From NCBI RefSeq assembly GCF_009834535.1, contig NC_045697.1, positions 83,764,001 to 83,828,000 of the forward strand: a stretch of DNA of 64,000 bases, written 5' to 3'. Origin of the DNA: Camelus ferus. Taxonomy: Eukaryota. Within the stretch, counting starts at the first letter, position 1. The number at the start of each line of letters is the position of its first letter. Both the position numbers and the translations under genes were made by a program. This document shows, in pieces, positions 13,861 through 26,200 of this stretch. The notes under the pieces were generated by a model that was not told where the DNA came from, did no database searches, and saw only the letters and a program-made list of their open reading frames with translations.

Positions 13861-16562
13861 ATTGAACTATTTTACAGGGTGTGTATATATACTTATATAT
13901 TTCTCATTGAAGTGTACAACAGTACCTGTGGGAGTTTTGGCTAGGACCTCAAGAGAGTAAATACAACATTCCCAAGTGAAGATGACAACCACCCCGTAGG
14001 GCTTATACAAGAAGTAGAGGATAATTGGTTGTAAGGCTCTGAATTACTTAACCCACTTCAAAGTTCTCAAATGATGAGGAGTTACAGATTGGAGGAGAGA
14101 GTTTTCAGAGTTTACTGTTGTTGTGATGCAATATCACCCTTCCCCTCAGGGAAGAGAGGTAGAGGCTAGTCCCCCTTTACCTAAATCAAGAAAGGAGGCT
14201 TTAAGGAGACCACTGGGAGAACTTAAGTTCTGGGAGACGTGGGAGAGTTTACTTCCCGTTTGGAATGGCTGGCTAGTTGCTCAGAAAGCAGACACAAAAG
14301 GGGTAAAGTGACCACTTAGTAATAGGATATCTGGTTTTCCTGAGTTCCAGCAGTAAATTACTGCTCCCAGAGTCTTTTGGGGCAAACAATGAGATTTTCC
14401 ATGAACCAAATGTGGGCCACTCACTTAAGAAAGCCAGAGTGGGGTCTTTTTAGTTTATGTCCAAAAGTATGGCCAAGAGGGGGTGAATAGTCCTCTGAAG
14501 AAGTAAGCCACATAAATAAATAAAGCCAAGGACCAACAGGAACAGAAACACATCAGCTCTTGTCATGGGAACCCACAGGGAGAGTACAGTGGGTTTTGGA
14601 AGAACCCATGAAAATGCTCACCAGAAAGAGTCAGTTTTAAATATCTGCCAAGTCCAAAATGTGTCAGTGCTAGGTCATGAAGACAGTACCAATTTAGTAA
14701 GAACTTTTCCTGTAAGTGGCTTCCATTAAATCCCCCCAGCCTCCACACTTGAGCCTTGGGAGGGTCCGTAGGCCTGAAGGAGATGGAGCTGGAGCATCCC
14801 CAATGGAAAGAGAGAAGCAGCAGACTGTGTCCTCTTTTCTCTACCTCCGGAAGTGTTAGCTTCAGGCCTGCAAGTGGCCTGGAGACCACGTAAGGAGATA
14901 TTCCTTAACTTGAAGGCTGAAATTAAATTTTGACCTCATATTTTGATTGTTAAACCAAGACTGGAGCTTAAACAATCAAATAACTGTTTCTAATAAATAA
15001 AAATAACCAGAAAAAGCATGAAGACTGCTTAAGTTTGTATCCAGCCACAGGGGGAGAACCAGCCTCAAAGAAAGGTCAGTGGAAGAAAATAATTAACTTG
15101 CTTTATGAATGTATACTACAAGTCCGTATTCAATATTTTAAATACAAAGGTCTTCTTCCTATATACTCAGCAAAAATTTTCCAAATTTTACTATTGCTAT
15201 ATATGCATATGTGCATGTGTATATATACATATATACAGAATCATGTGTTCCCCGACCCTAGTATGAATATAGTATCTGTTTTCAGCAACTAGCAGCCTAG
15301 ACTTGGATATAGATGTGAGAGTTGCTTCTTTGTAATATGATTTCCAGTTTTCCTGAATTAGTTAACTTACATAGCAGTATTACTGTGCTACAAATATGAA
15401 ACTACGTATTTTGGCTTAAGGTAAGTCTTACTATATGCAAGGTTCAGCCTTTAGAGAAATAGCAAAACTATTACAGTTGGAAATTTAAGTTAGAATCTAG
15501 TTTCTCTCCAGGATGAGAAAATGTCCAATTTTTTCCCCTTCAGTAAAGCTTTTCAAGTTTCTGTAGCCAAAGCTGTTTTTCTCTGTTAAATTTCACTAGG
15601 ATCAACATGCTTTGATTTATTGTACATCTGACCTAAAAATGGATGGGAGGAAAAAAATGCAGAGATGATTCAAATCAGGAAATTCTGAACAAATTCTGAA
15701 CAGCCAGTGAATACTAATTCTGCACATTCCTAAGTTATTTGACACAAATGCCCGGAGAATACCAGGAATGGAGAAAGTAAGGCAACTCCAATGATTTCTC
15801 TTGGATGCACTGATTTATAATCTGAAACAGATTTACCATGTTAACTATGATTTGGTTTCAATATCTTTATTTTTGAGCATATATACAAGGATTGTCTTTT
15901 CATATTCATTTGAAACTTAATTTTTTGGAATTTAGAAATTTAATTCTAAATATTCTAAACATTGCAATATTTGCATTGGGTACAATAATATGTCACATGT
16001 TTTAAAGAATGTATACAACTAAATCCATCATTATGGTAGTTTGGTATAAAGTTACAAAAATAATTTTTAGTATTTTTACGGTCCAAATATCTAGAATAGT
16101 GGATTTCTTTATAATAGTACTTTGTTTCTACTGGTTTTGTGTATATGTTACAAAATGATATAAATATTTAAAATCCCAAACAGATCATTAAAAAATAAGC
16201 AGCACTTAATGCTATTATATTATCAATCTCCCTTTGAATATAGGTTTTATTTTGATTCATCACAGAATGCACTTTCTTCTTCTAGTTGTTTTTAACATTT
16301 CAAATTTTGGAGGGAGAGAATACTCAACTTCAAAGTAAGAATTAAGCTATAAAAACAAACAAATTAAAAAACAGTATAAAGTATTGAGGCTATTAGTTTC
16401 AATGAGGAACACCACAAAACTTCCTACTCTTTTAATAAAACCACAGAGTAAGCTCCAGGAAGTATTTGCCTCATAAACAATTTCATTTCTTATGTAAGTA
16501 TGGTGGTTTTCTTAGAGAAAACCCTACATGCTGTTATAGGCATTTCACTTACCTGACAAGTT

Positions 16563-17446
16563 GTTTTTTTTTTAATTCAAGTATAGTCAGTTACAATGTG
16601 TCAATTTCTGATGAACAGCATAATGTTTCAGTCATACATATAATTTTCATAGTCTTTTTCATTATAGGTTACAAGATATTGAATATAGTTCCCTGTGCTA
16701 TACAGAAGAAATTTGGTTTTTTAATCTATTTTATATATAGTAGTTAATATTTGCACATCTTGAATTCCCAATTTATCCCTTCCCACCCACTTTCCCCCTG
16801 GTAACCATAACTTTGTTTACTGTGTCTGAGTTTGTGTCTGTTTTGTAGATAAGTTCATTACCATCTTTTTTCTTTTCTTCTTTTTTTTAGATTCCACACA
16901 GGCATGATATCATGAGGAATTTTTCTTTCTCTTTCTTGCTTACTTCACTTAGAGTGATGATCTCCAGATCCATCCGTGTTCCTGCAAATTGAATTTTTTA
17001 ATGGCTGAGTAGTATTCCATTGTATAAACATACCATAGCTTCTTTATCCAGTCATCTGCCAATGGACATTTAGGTTGTTTCCATGTCTTGGCTATTGTAT
17101 ATAGTGCGCTATGAACAATGGGGTGCATGTATCTTTTCAAATTAGAGTTCCCTCCAGATATATACCCAGAAGTGGGATTGTTGGATCATATGGTAAGCGT
17201 ATTTTTAGTTTTTTAAGGAATCTCCATACTGTTTTCCATAATGGCTGCACCAAACTACATTCCCACTAACAGTGTCAGAGTGTTTCCTTTCCTCCACAGC
17301 CTCTCCAGCATTTATCATTTGTGGACTTTTTAATAATGGCCATTCTGAATGGTGTGAGGTGATAACAAATTATAGTTTTGATTTGCATTTCTCTGATAAT
17401 TAGTGATATTGAGCATTTTTCCATGTGTCTGTTGGCCATTTGTATG
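16563..17446 (-). mobile_element. L1 3' fragment (ORF2 C-terminus and 3' UTR)
   Basis: ORF 16949..17140 resembles the ORF2p C-terminus (IAKTWKQPKCP..DDWIKKLWY.YTMEYYSAIKK); flanking tgacaagtt direct repeats. Confidence 0.92.
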
Positions 17447-19675
17447 ACCTTGACAAGTTTCTAAATCAACATTTTCTGTAATACATAGCAATACAGTGAC
17501 CTGTTAAAGAAAATAAATTATAAAAGAGAAATTAGGGGGAAATTACTTTCATTCCAAAGGGATATTTCATTTAACTAAATCTTTTATCTCATAGATCTTT
17601 AAAGTAGTTGAATTCTTAGTGTTTTTAAAATAGGAATTAATTTACAGGGAATGTTTCAGAAATTGTATAGCAGTAATAAAAACATTCATGTAAAGTAGAA
17701 CTATACATGCATTTTCTGCTAGTTATCTAGAAGTATTTTTAAAGCCTCTTACTCTTCTCTCTTCTTGATAGTTTAAATGCTTTAAAATATAATAAACATT
17801 AAAGAAAAACTTACAAATTTGTGACAGTCTTTCTTTACCCTCCTCATATTACTTCAGCTTACACTATACAGTCCTGTGTTCTTATTTTTTTAAGTTTCTC
17901 TAGAAGAAGTTGTCATGGGTTATTACCTTGGTGCAATGGTGGCCTCCAAGTACACTACAAGCCAAGCTATCCCAGAAGTCATGGGACAGACAGGCTCATA
18001 GATCAAAAGGAGATTCTCAAATCACATATCCCTTTAAAGCAAGAGGAAAAAGGATACATTACACACTTAGGATAGGGTGCTAACAGGAAACACCATACTA
18101 CACAAATCCCAAATTATGCAATCTTCATGTTTTCTCTCTCTCTCCTTCCTTCTCATTCTCTGCTATATCAGCCTTCGCCATTAATAACTGGGGTACAGAC
18201 TGACATTGAGCAAGGTCAACAGACAGAAGGTACCTGGGGGCCAATGATACATAGTTGCTCTGTAAAGAGAAGCAGTGACAAATATGCCTGGTCATTGCTG
18301 TAGCTTGCCAATTCCTGCCGACAGCTATAAATACTATCAGCAATTCTTAGGTAGACCGTATTTGAGTCCAGAATATGACCAAGGATGCCTGATGAAATGG
18401 TGACAGGGTTGTCAGTCCAGGGGTAGAATGATCGTGATTTGATCTTTCTATCCCCTTCCATCTATAAATAACACTCTTGTTTGTTCCATCATATATTTCG
18501 TTGAGTCTGTCTAGCTTTATAGCTTTCAGGTTACAGAGTTACTTAGTAACTATACTTAGCATATCTTATAAATTCTGCCTGTGTCCCACAAGCTACTTGC
18601 TTACTCTGCACTCTGTTATCTGTACTTAACACAACCTATGGGATTCATCCATCCTGTTTTGTGCTCTCTAGCAGAACAGGTTTTCTCAAATAATACAGCA
18701 AACTAACGTTACATCACCAACATTTAAATATTTTTCTTTATCTATTCAATTAAATGTATTAACATTACTTAAACTAGCCCTGCATTATTTTATTCTATTT
18801 TTTCCCTTGCCTTTTCTCATGTTCCTCCCAATTTGGTCATTTTGAAAAGACAGTAAGGATATTTTATGCAAATTCCCCAGGTAGATCATACTTATTCAAT
18901 TCTCCACATATTTTCATTTAATACTGACATACAGCCTGTGAAATTTTCTTCTTATTTTATATTACAGGAAACCAATGCTTTAATCACAGTACTCTTTAAA
19001 AAAATCTACTAATATGTGATAAGAAAAGCCATCTTAATGCCTGTTTCTTATGTAGTCTATTTATTTGGCACATGAGGCTTGTTAAATATTCTCTTGTGTC
19101 ACAGCTGGACTAGGTTTTAACAGTTGTCCTGTTGAACACAATAAAATGCACATCCTAGGAAACCTTCTGCACCTAACGGCTATAAGTGAATTTTCAAGGA
19201 TAATGTAGAAGATGTAGAATGCTAACTGGCTGTCTCCTGTCCCTCTCCAACACAGCTACTTACAGCCAATCTCTCCAACAAAGCTCAGAAAAGTTAGAGA
19301 GACTTAGCTTCAATCAACGAGTTTATCAATAACCATCTGTTGAGTGTTCTTTACAAGGCACTGAGAGAAAGCAAGTTTTCAACAGATTCTAGCATTCATT
19401 TGTAGTTCTTTAGTTCTTTCTTGAAAAGTTCTGCTTACCAAATGTTGTAATTTTTAAAGTCATTTTAGAGCCTCTCTCTGTATTTAGGAGAATTTCCTCT
19501 TGCTCTAGTATAAATTCATAAAAAGTACAGGAAAGAAAGTATGTTTGGGAGACCAAAGGAGACCAAAACTTTAATATGCCTGTAAAATTGGGTGCAAAAA
19601 GGAGAAGAGAATGAGGCTGGGCAGGGTGGCAGAGGACTGCTCAGCATACAATGTTGAGTGGTTTAGATTTTTAGA

Positions 19676-19876
19676 CCTGGGTCATCTAACATGGTAGCTG
19701 CTGACCAAATACAGCCACTTAAATTTAACTAATTAAAACCAAATAAAAATTCAGTTCCTTGGGTACCCAAGCCACATTTCAAGTGCTCAGTGGGTGCATA
19801 TGGCTAGTCGCTACTGTACTGGTTAGTGCAGAGAGCACATTTCTGTTATTCTAGAAGGTTCTATTGGACAGCACTA
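19676..19876. mobile_element. MER3-like hAT MITE
   Basis: aaaattcagttcct...gccacatttcaagtgctcagtgg...atggctagt.gctactgtactgg...agaaggttctattggacagcact. Confidence 0.8.
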
Positions 19877-20048
19877 CCCCAGACATTGAGGAAACATGTA
19901 AAACTTTTGAGCAGATTTGGAAGTGATAAAATCACAATTTTCCACAAATTTCTATGAAGAATTTGATAGACCAGAAGCTGGTAGGGCACTTACTATGTGA
20001 ATCAGGATATGTATCATCCATAGGTTGTGTTTGCAGAAATGAAGAATG

Positions 20049-20075
20049 GTGTGTGTGTGTGTGTGTGTGTGTGTG
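20049..20075. repeat. (GT)13 microsatellite
   Basis: Direct reading. Confidence 0.95.
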
Positions 20076-20689
20076 AAGGTTGAGGTCAAAGGCAGAACTA
20101 CAGTCACAGAGCAGATAAGGAAGCTGAAGGAGAGGCAGAGTGCTTCTTCTTTAGGAAAATGGGTGGATATTGATCTTATTTTCTGAAATAGAAAACCCCG
20201 AAGGAGTGGAATTAAATTTGTCTTTGATAGGATGTGGGTGATTAATGAGTTGAGGTTATATCCATGTTAACCTTGAAATTGTGAGGACATTTTAATAAGA
20301 TGTACAGTAGGCAGTTGGATACATAGGTTTGGAAGAGACATTCTCAAGGACCTTAAGAGGAGCTGCATTAATTTTTATGTGGATCTCTTATCACTTCCTT
20401 AAAATAAGTGCCTAGAACTGAAACTGCTTTTTCAAAGAGTTTCCAAATTTCTTCTCTCCCCTCTCCCTACTACATACACTCCCTAGTGGCCCTCGTGTTG
20501 CCATGATGAATGAATGTCATGATAGGCATGTTCTACAAGTGTGCTGATGTGGTGTAGTGTTTTAAAATTCATTGGTTGGGAGACAGATTTCGGAGTTATA
20601 TTCCTTTCTCTGTGAAAACTGCAACAACCCTCTGCTGGATTCCAATGGCTTTGTAAATAGTATAAGAAAGTATACATTTGCATCTTTAT

Positions 20690-21155
20690 CAGTACAGGTT
20701 CCAGGCAGGGAAACAGAAATCATGTAAAGAAGGCTAAAGAGACAGCATTTGCTATGAAGAAATGTTGAAGGCTAGAAGAGCAAAAAGGAGAAGGCGAGAT
20801 TAAATCAGAAATTCCTAATTGCAGAAAGTGGCTACCAGTCCTGGAGCTGGTAGAAGGTGGAGGTGGTATTATCAAAGCCCAAGGCAAACTCACTTCTGTG
20901 GATGCTGCATAAATATGCAGGGAAAGGGAAAGGGAAAGCAGAACCATTAAGAAAGGGCTGCTGCAACTGGCTCTGAGACTTTGTAAAGGGCACAGCCATT
21001 CCCCCTGGATACCAGAAGCAGAGAGTACGAGAAATAAGGAACAATACCTTTCCCACATTCCACCTTCTGATTTTATGCCTGTGCAGAGTTCTCGGTAGAA
21101 CCTCACAAGAAGGCATCTGACAAGGAAAGCTGGGAAATGTAGTTTGCAAACTCCC
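20690..21155. mobile_element. Old LTR-like element (family uncertain)
   Basis: Ends in gacaaggaaagctgggaaatgtagtttgca, a motif typical of old MaLR/ERVL LTRs. Confidence 0.5.
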
Positions 21156-22239
21156 AGCTCAACCATTATCACAGAGCAGACTTTAGGTGAGTATAGGGCT
21201 CAAATATCACAGGAAAATAAACTGCACTGCACTTAGCTAGAAAAAAAAATTCCCTCCTTTAGACAGTAAACTCCCTAAAGAAAAACTGACTGATTTGGTT
21301 CTGGTCTTTGATAGACTTGATAAACCTTTGGTCCATCACAGTGACTGCCATATAAAATCTTAGTAAATATCAATAAATATTTGAGTGAGCAAAATACCTA
21401 TTCACATCACTGATAAATAGTTCAAATTAATACTCAGCTTACATCACTAGCAGGTGATGCAACCGATTTTTAAAGAAACACACTTCAATTTATATGTACA
21501 AACTAGTACAGTCTTTTACAATATAGGCCCTTGGAAGTTAACATACTTTTTCAAGTAGTGCTCCCATTACACAAGGGATTTTTAGGACTCCTCTTTTAAA
21601 ATTGCCTTTCAGAGCTAGTTCTTGAGAAATACATGACAATTAGTAAAGTCTAGTCCTGCCCACTTTTGGCCTAGACTGATTGCCTGTTTTGATCTGGAGG
21701 ATTTAATTCTATTTTCAAAAAATAAATCCTCTCTCAAAGAATGAAGATTTGTTACTAATGTTGGTAGGTACTTGCCACAATTTCCCGATTCAACTTTAGG
21801 CAACATGTCTCAATCTGCTTCTGCCACTTTGAATTTGGAATAAGATGATAAACGTGGTATATAAGACTTTGGTCTTTGCTGCTTTCTAACGAAGAGAGGT
21901 GAATCATCACCATCACGCCTCTTCCTTGCTCCCTGCCCCAGTCAGGGAATTTCAGTAGGCTGTTTTCCTATCCCAGGGTTTATTTCCAGCTAAGACAGAT
22001 ATATCAGCACAAAAAGAGGTCCCCTGGCCTCTAACCTCTACATGAACCAAGACACATTTTACTACGACCCACTCATGTCTCTAAGGAAAAGAATCCATAA
22101 AACGCATTATAGTAAAGTAGGAACATTTTTAAGGGCTAATGAGTTCTGGAGAAGAGCAGTGGCAGATGCAGTTGTTCCCTGCCTGAAGGGTAAAATAAGT
22201 AATAAAAGATTTGAATAATAATAAACACCTCCATGGCGG

Positions 22240-22410
22240 TGTGTGTTTGGCTCTGTTTATTCTTTCAGTTTTCACAATTCTGTGAGGCAGGCACTCTTAT
22301 TAACTCTCGTTTTACCAATGAGAAAACCGAGGCTTACGGAGGTGATTAACCAGCCAAGACTGCTTAGCTAGTAAATGAGAGTCCAGGGTTCAAGTAGTCA
22401 GGGTTTGTGC
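22240..22410 (-). mobile_element. MIR SINE next to the promoter
   Basis: cgttttaccaatgagaaaaccgaggcttacggaggtgattaac...agctagtaaatg. Confidence 0.75.
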
Positions 22411-22499
22411 TTTCAGCAGAAAACTGGTACCTGGCGATTTTTAAAACGCCAGGACTGGCAACTGGGGAATTAATGGAACAGGAAATCAACCAAACGACC

Positions 22500-23230
22500 C
22501 ATAACTTGGAAACAGTACTGATACGCCAAGGGAGCTGGTGTCTCCGGAAAGAAACGATAAAAGAGAAGACCACAGACTCGTCCGCAACGGCTGTGACAGC
22601 CCAGGCTGGGCACCGCCCACGCCTTCCAAGACCCCGCCCACGCCAGAGTCGCTGGACCCTCATTGGGCCCCTTCCAGGTGGCGTCAATCGCGGGCGTCCA
22701 GAAGGAGGCGGGACTTCCGGGCCGGTCGGGCCAAATCCGGCCGCGCCGGAAATATTTATTGAGGAAAGGACATAGGGTACCCGGCATTTGAAGCTTCTGG
22801 AGGGTCTTGTGTTCCAGAGACTCGGAAACATAAGTGGGTAGGGGTTCGTGCGCTAATTGCCAAGTTTTCCGGGTAGTGGAAGACAGGAGTTGGGACATGG
22901 ACAGCCGCTTGCAGGAGATCCGAGAGCGGCAGAAGTTACGGCGACAGCTCCTCGCGCAGCAGGTCCGCGGCCCAGGGAGGGATCGTGAATCCGCGTGCGT
23001 GGCGTCCTCTTACCTCCCCTGGCCTTTTGTTTCCTCCTTACCTGCAGTCCTTTCTGGTGCCGCGACCTTAATCCCTGGGCCTACCTAGTCTCTTATTCTC
23101 AACTTCCGCGGTGCCGCAGATGTTTTCCATTTTGCGGCGAGGTCATTGTGGTGGTGCTAAACCGAACGCCACGATTGGTCTTCAGCAACCTTAATGGAAT
23201 GCCCACCAAGTGTCTGGCACGGTGCTCAGT
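22500..23230. promoter_or_regulatory. CpG-island, TATA-less promoter of METTL14
   Basis: Dense CpG and high GC against an AT-rich background; ETS-like ACTTCCGG (~22713) and CCGGAAA (~22747, ~22544); GC-box-like GGCGGG (~22707); reverse CCAAT (ATTGG ~22662); spans exon 1. Confidence 0.88.
22897..22962 (+). CDS. METTL14: METTL14 coding exon 1 ([22 protein letters not shown])
   Basis: ATG in good Kozak context (gacATGG) inside the CpG island; donor CAG|gtccgc; 66 nt. Confidence 0.97.
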
Positions 23231-26200
23231 GGTGGGGGATACAAAACTTTGGCCTTTGTGAGTGAATTACCGCAGTTCACACAAGTAAAAGTGCCTTGCT
23301 CTCCCCTAAATTTCTTTTCACTATCTAAATGGTCGTTTTGTGTCTTGTCTTTCCTCATAGTCAGCACCTAATTCTTGAGATTGTGGCTTCATTGTGAAAT
23401 AGGTCTACAATATTTTCTCTGGAGTAATGTCTAAAAGTAAGGATGTCTGCTATAATTAATGACAGATTTCCATTTTACCAGCTAATTTCAGCCTTTCTTT
23501 CACCTACTTTTCTCTGTATGAGCAAGACAGACTGGTTTATTACTCTCCAGAACATGATTTGTGCAATATATACTTTGTGATTTTTTACAATTGTCTTTTC
23601 TGATTTCCCTCTGTCCTCTATGGCACAGCTCAGTTGAGAACTTCATGATGAAACCTATCCTGATCTCCCTGGTTTAGTCTCTTCTTCCTCTGAGCTTCCA
23701 TTGTCCTTTTACTATTGAGTTCACGGCTGTATATTACTTACTGTTACACAGGATATAAACAGTTTGCGTGCTAAGTCTTTGCATTTAATTCCCGTTGGGT
23801 TAATCTTCTGCCTTAACCTCGTTTCTTGCCCGAAGTAAGCTTTTAGCAAATTTTTGTTGATTGATGAACTATCAGAGTAGAGCATAATCCAATGTGTATG
23901 ATTTGATTGATGTGCTTTTGACTGTTGGATGAAGATGCTAGATGCTGTATATAGGCCCAGACCATGATTGTGGCAAGTGTTGCTACCACCAACAATTTAC
24001 ACCTGCTTTTTATTTAACTTGTGGCCTTGTTTCAAAAAATCATATATGCTTTCAAATGATACCAATTGTCGTTGATTATTCAAATAATGTATTTAGTGCT
24101 ACCACAATGGAAAGTCTATTATCTACTTTTTGAAGGGAGTGGAGTCAGTCATGGGAAGAAGGTTAGAAAGCATTTCACCAGTGGGAAGTAGATGGTGTCT
24201 TCTAATTAAAGAGAATAGGGGTCAGGAAAATTTTTTGGAAGAGTTAAAATTTCAAACAGTTGATATATTGGAAGAGACTTACCACTGGAGAAGCCTGAGA
24301 GGAGTCATGAAGTGGGTGGTCTAAAGAGGCAGTGATAATATTTTAAGATCAAGGCTGGGGACTTCCAGCTGTAATATTTTAGTATGCTTCTCCCCTTTCT
24401 TGAGCTAAAGGGACTATTTAATGCAGATTTCCTTATGCCCTTCTTTTACTTAAAAATATTAAGTGGTTCCTCATGGCCTACAAATTGCATTCAACACTTG
24501 GTTTGGCTTTCAATGGTTTCCATGAATTGATCCCACTCTGTGTAGCCAAGCTTATCCCAACTAGTGATTTGTTTACATTGGTTGTATTTTGCAAAATTTC
24601 ATGAACTGCCAACCAGAATTTGCATGACCATTTTTCAGGTATTTATAAAGTTTATTATGTGTCAGTAACCGTTATATAAAAACTTGGCTTGAATAAAACT
24701 GAATAGTAGTATTTGTTACAGCATGGGATAAAGTACAGCAGGTAAGCTGATGGATGCAAAGTGTTTAACATAGTACCTGCCACACTGTAAACATTATATG
24801 TTAGCTGCTTTTTTTTTGTTTGTTTGTTATTGCTACTACTGCTATATTGTGTTTTATTATTTACTTTAACAGTAGTGGATTGGCTAAAGTTAACTTTTTT
24901 AATTTCAAAATAACTGAAAGCATAAAACACTTTCAGCTGTTAAAATCATTCTTCATTAACATGACTTTGTTCCAAGGTGTTTTCTATTTTTCCTGCAAGG
25001 TAATTAATCCATTTACCTGCTGAGGTAGTTACAGTTTTATTATTTACGTTAAAAATAGAGAATTGGCTAAATTAATTGCTTTAATTTCAAAAATAACTTA
25101 AGGCCAAAATACTTTCAGCTGTGAAAATCATTCTTAATTAACATGATTTTGTTCCAAGGTGTTTTCTGTTTTCCTGCAAGGTTATTAATCCATTTGCCTG
25201 CTGAGGTAGTTATGGTTTTATTATTTACTTTAAAAGTGGAGAATTGGCTAAATTGTTTTCATTTCAGAATAACAGAAGGCATAAAATATTTTCAGCTGTT
25301 AAAATCATTCTTAATTAATATGATTTTGTTCCAGGGTGTTTCCTGTTTTCCTGCATGGTAATTAATCCATTTGCCTGCTGAGGTAGTTACGTGTTTTGTT
25401 TTTTGTTTTTTTTAATACTTGATAGATTAAATGCTGCTACAAATGGCTGAAAAGACTGTTCAGTGCATTGTGATCTAATTTTTGGCTTTTGCCTTCTCTC
25501 AGTTGGGAGCCGAAAGTGCTGACAGCATTGGTGCTGTGTTAAATAGCAAAGATGAACAGAGGGAGATTGCTGAAACAAGAGAAACTTGCAGGTCAGTCAA
25601 ATAACTTTTTTTTTTTTTTAGTGCTATGTTAATATTGTGAAAAGATCATTGTTTTAATAAGCAGTAACCTGAGTATGAATTGTGTTGTCACGGCAAGCAT
25701 CAACATAAAGATTTCAGAAACTGGTTTTTATTGTTAATTCATAAATTATGAAATACTCATTTTGTGAATAATAGTAAGTTCTCATTTATAAGATAGTTAG
25801 AAAATGGAATGTTAGACTGAGAATTAGCTTATGAACCATAAATAATTTTATTCAAAAAACTCTTATTAAAAAAACATACTTTACCCTAAAAGTGCCATTT
25901 GTTTGATAGTTCATAAAGCATTTAGAATCTTTCGGTATTGTAGTTATCAATTTGAACATCAGTTTTGCTCAAGACAGATTATATATGTAATGTAGAAGTT
26001 TCTTTTTGCCGTACATGCCTTATTAAAGCTTATTTTTCATTTGATTGCTTTCTCATAAAAATAAAGTACAGAATTATTAATCAGGTTGTGGTACTTTAAG
26101 ATTTATAAACTGGGTGACTAGATACTGTTTAGTCAGGAAAAATTTGCTTTATTCTTTTTTATAACCTGTTATTAATGCATACATTTATACATCTTGTATA

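Noticed and set aside
22834..22896. In-frame GTG-initiated 21 aa N-terminal extension of METTL14
   Set aside because: Directly follows a TAA and has no supporting evidence; the ATG at 22897 has strong context and gives the known N-terminus
22364..23261. Several overlapping ORFs of 74-155 aa on both strands
   Set aside because: Expected stop-codon depletion in a CpG island; only the METTL14 exon 1 part is recognisable
25021..25045. TGAGGTAGT let-7-like start in each tandem unit
   Set aside because: Only the first 9 nt match; no complementary star arm or pre-miRNA hairpin seen
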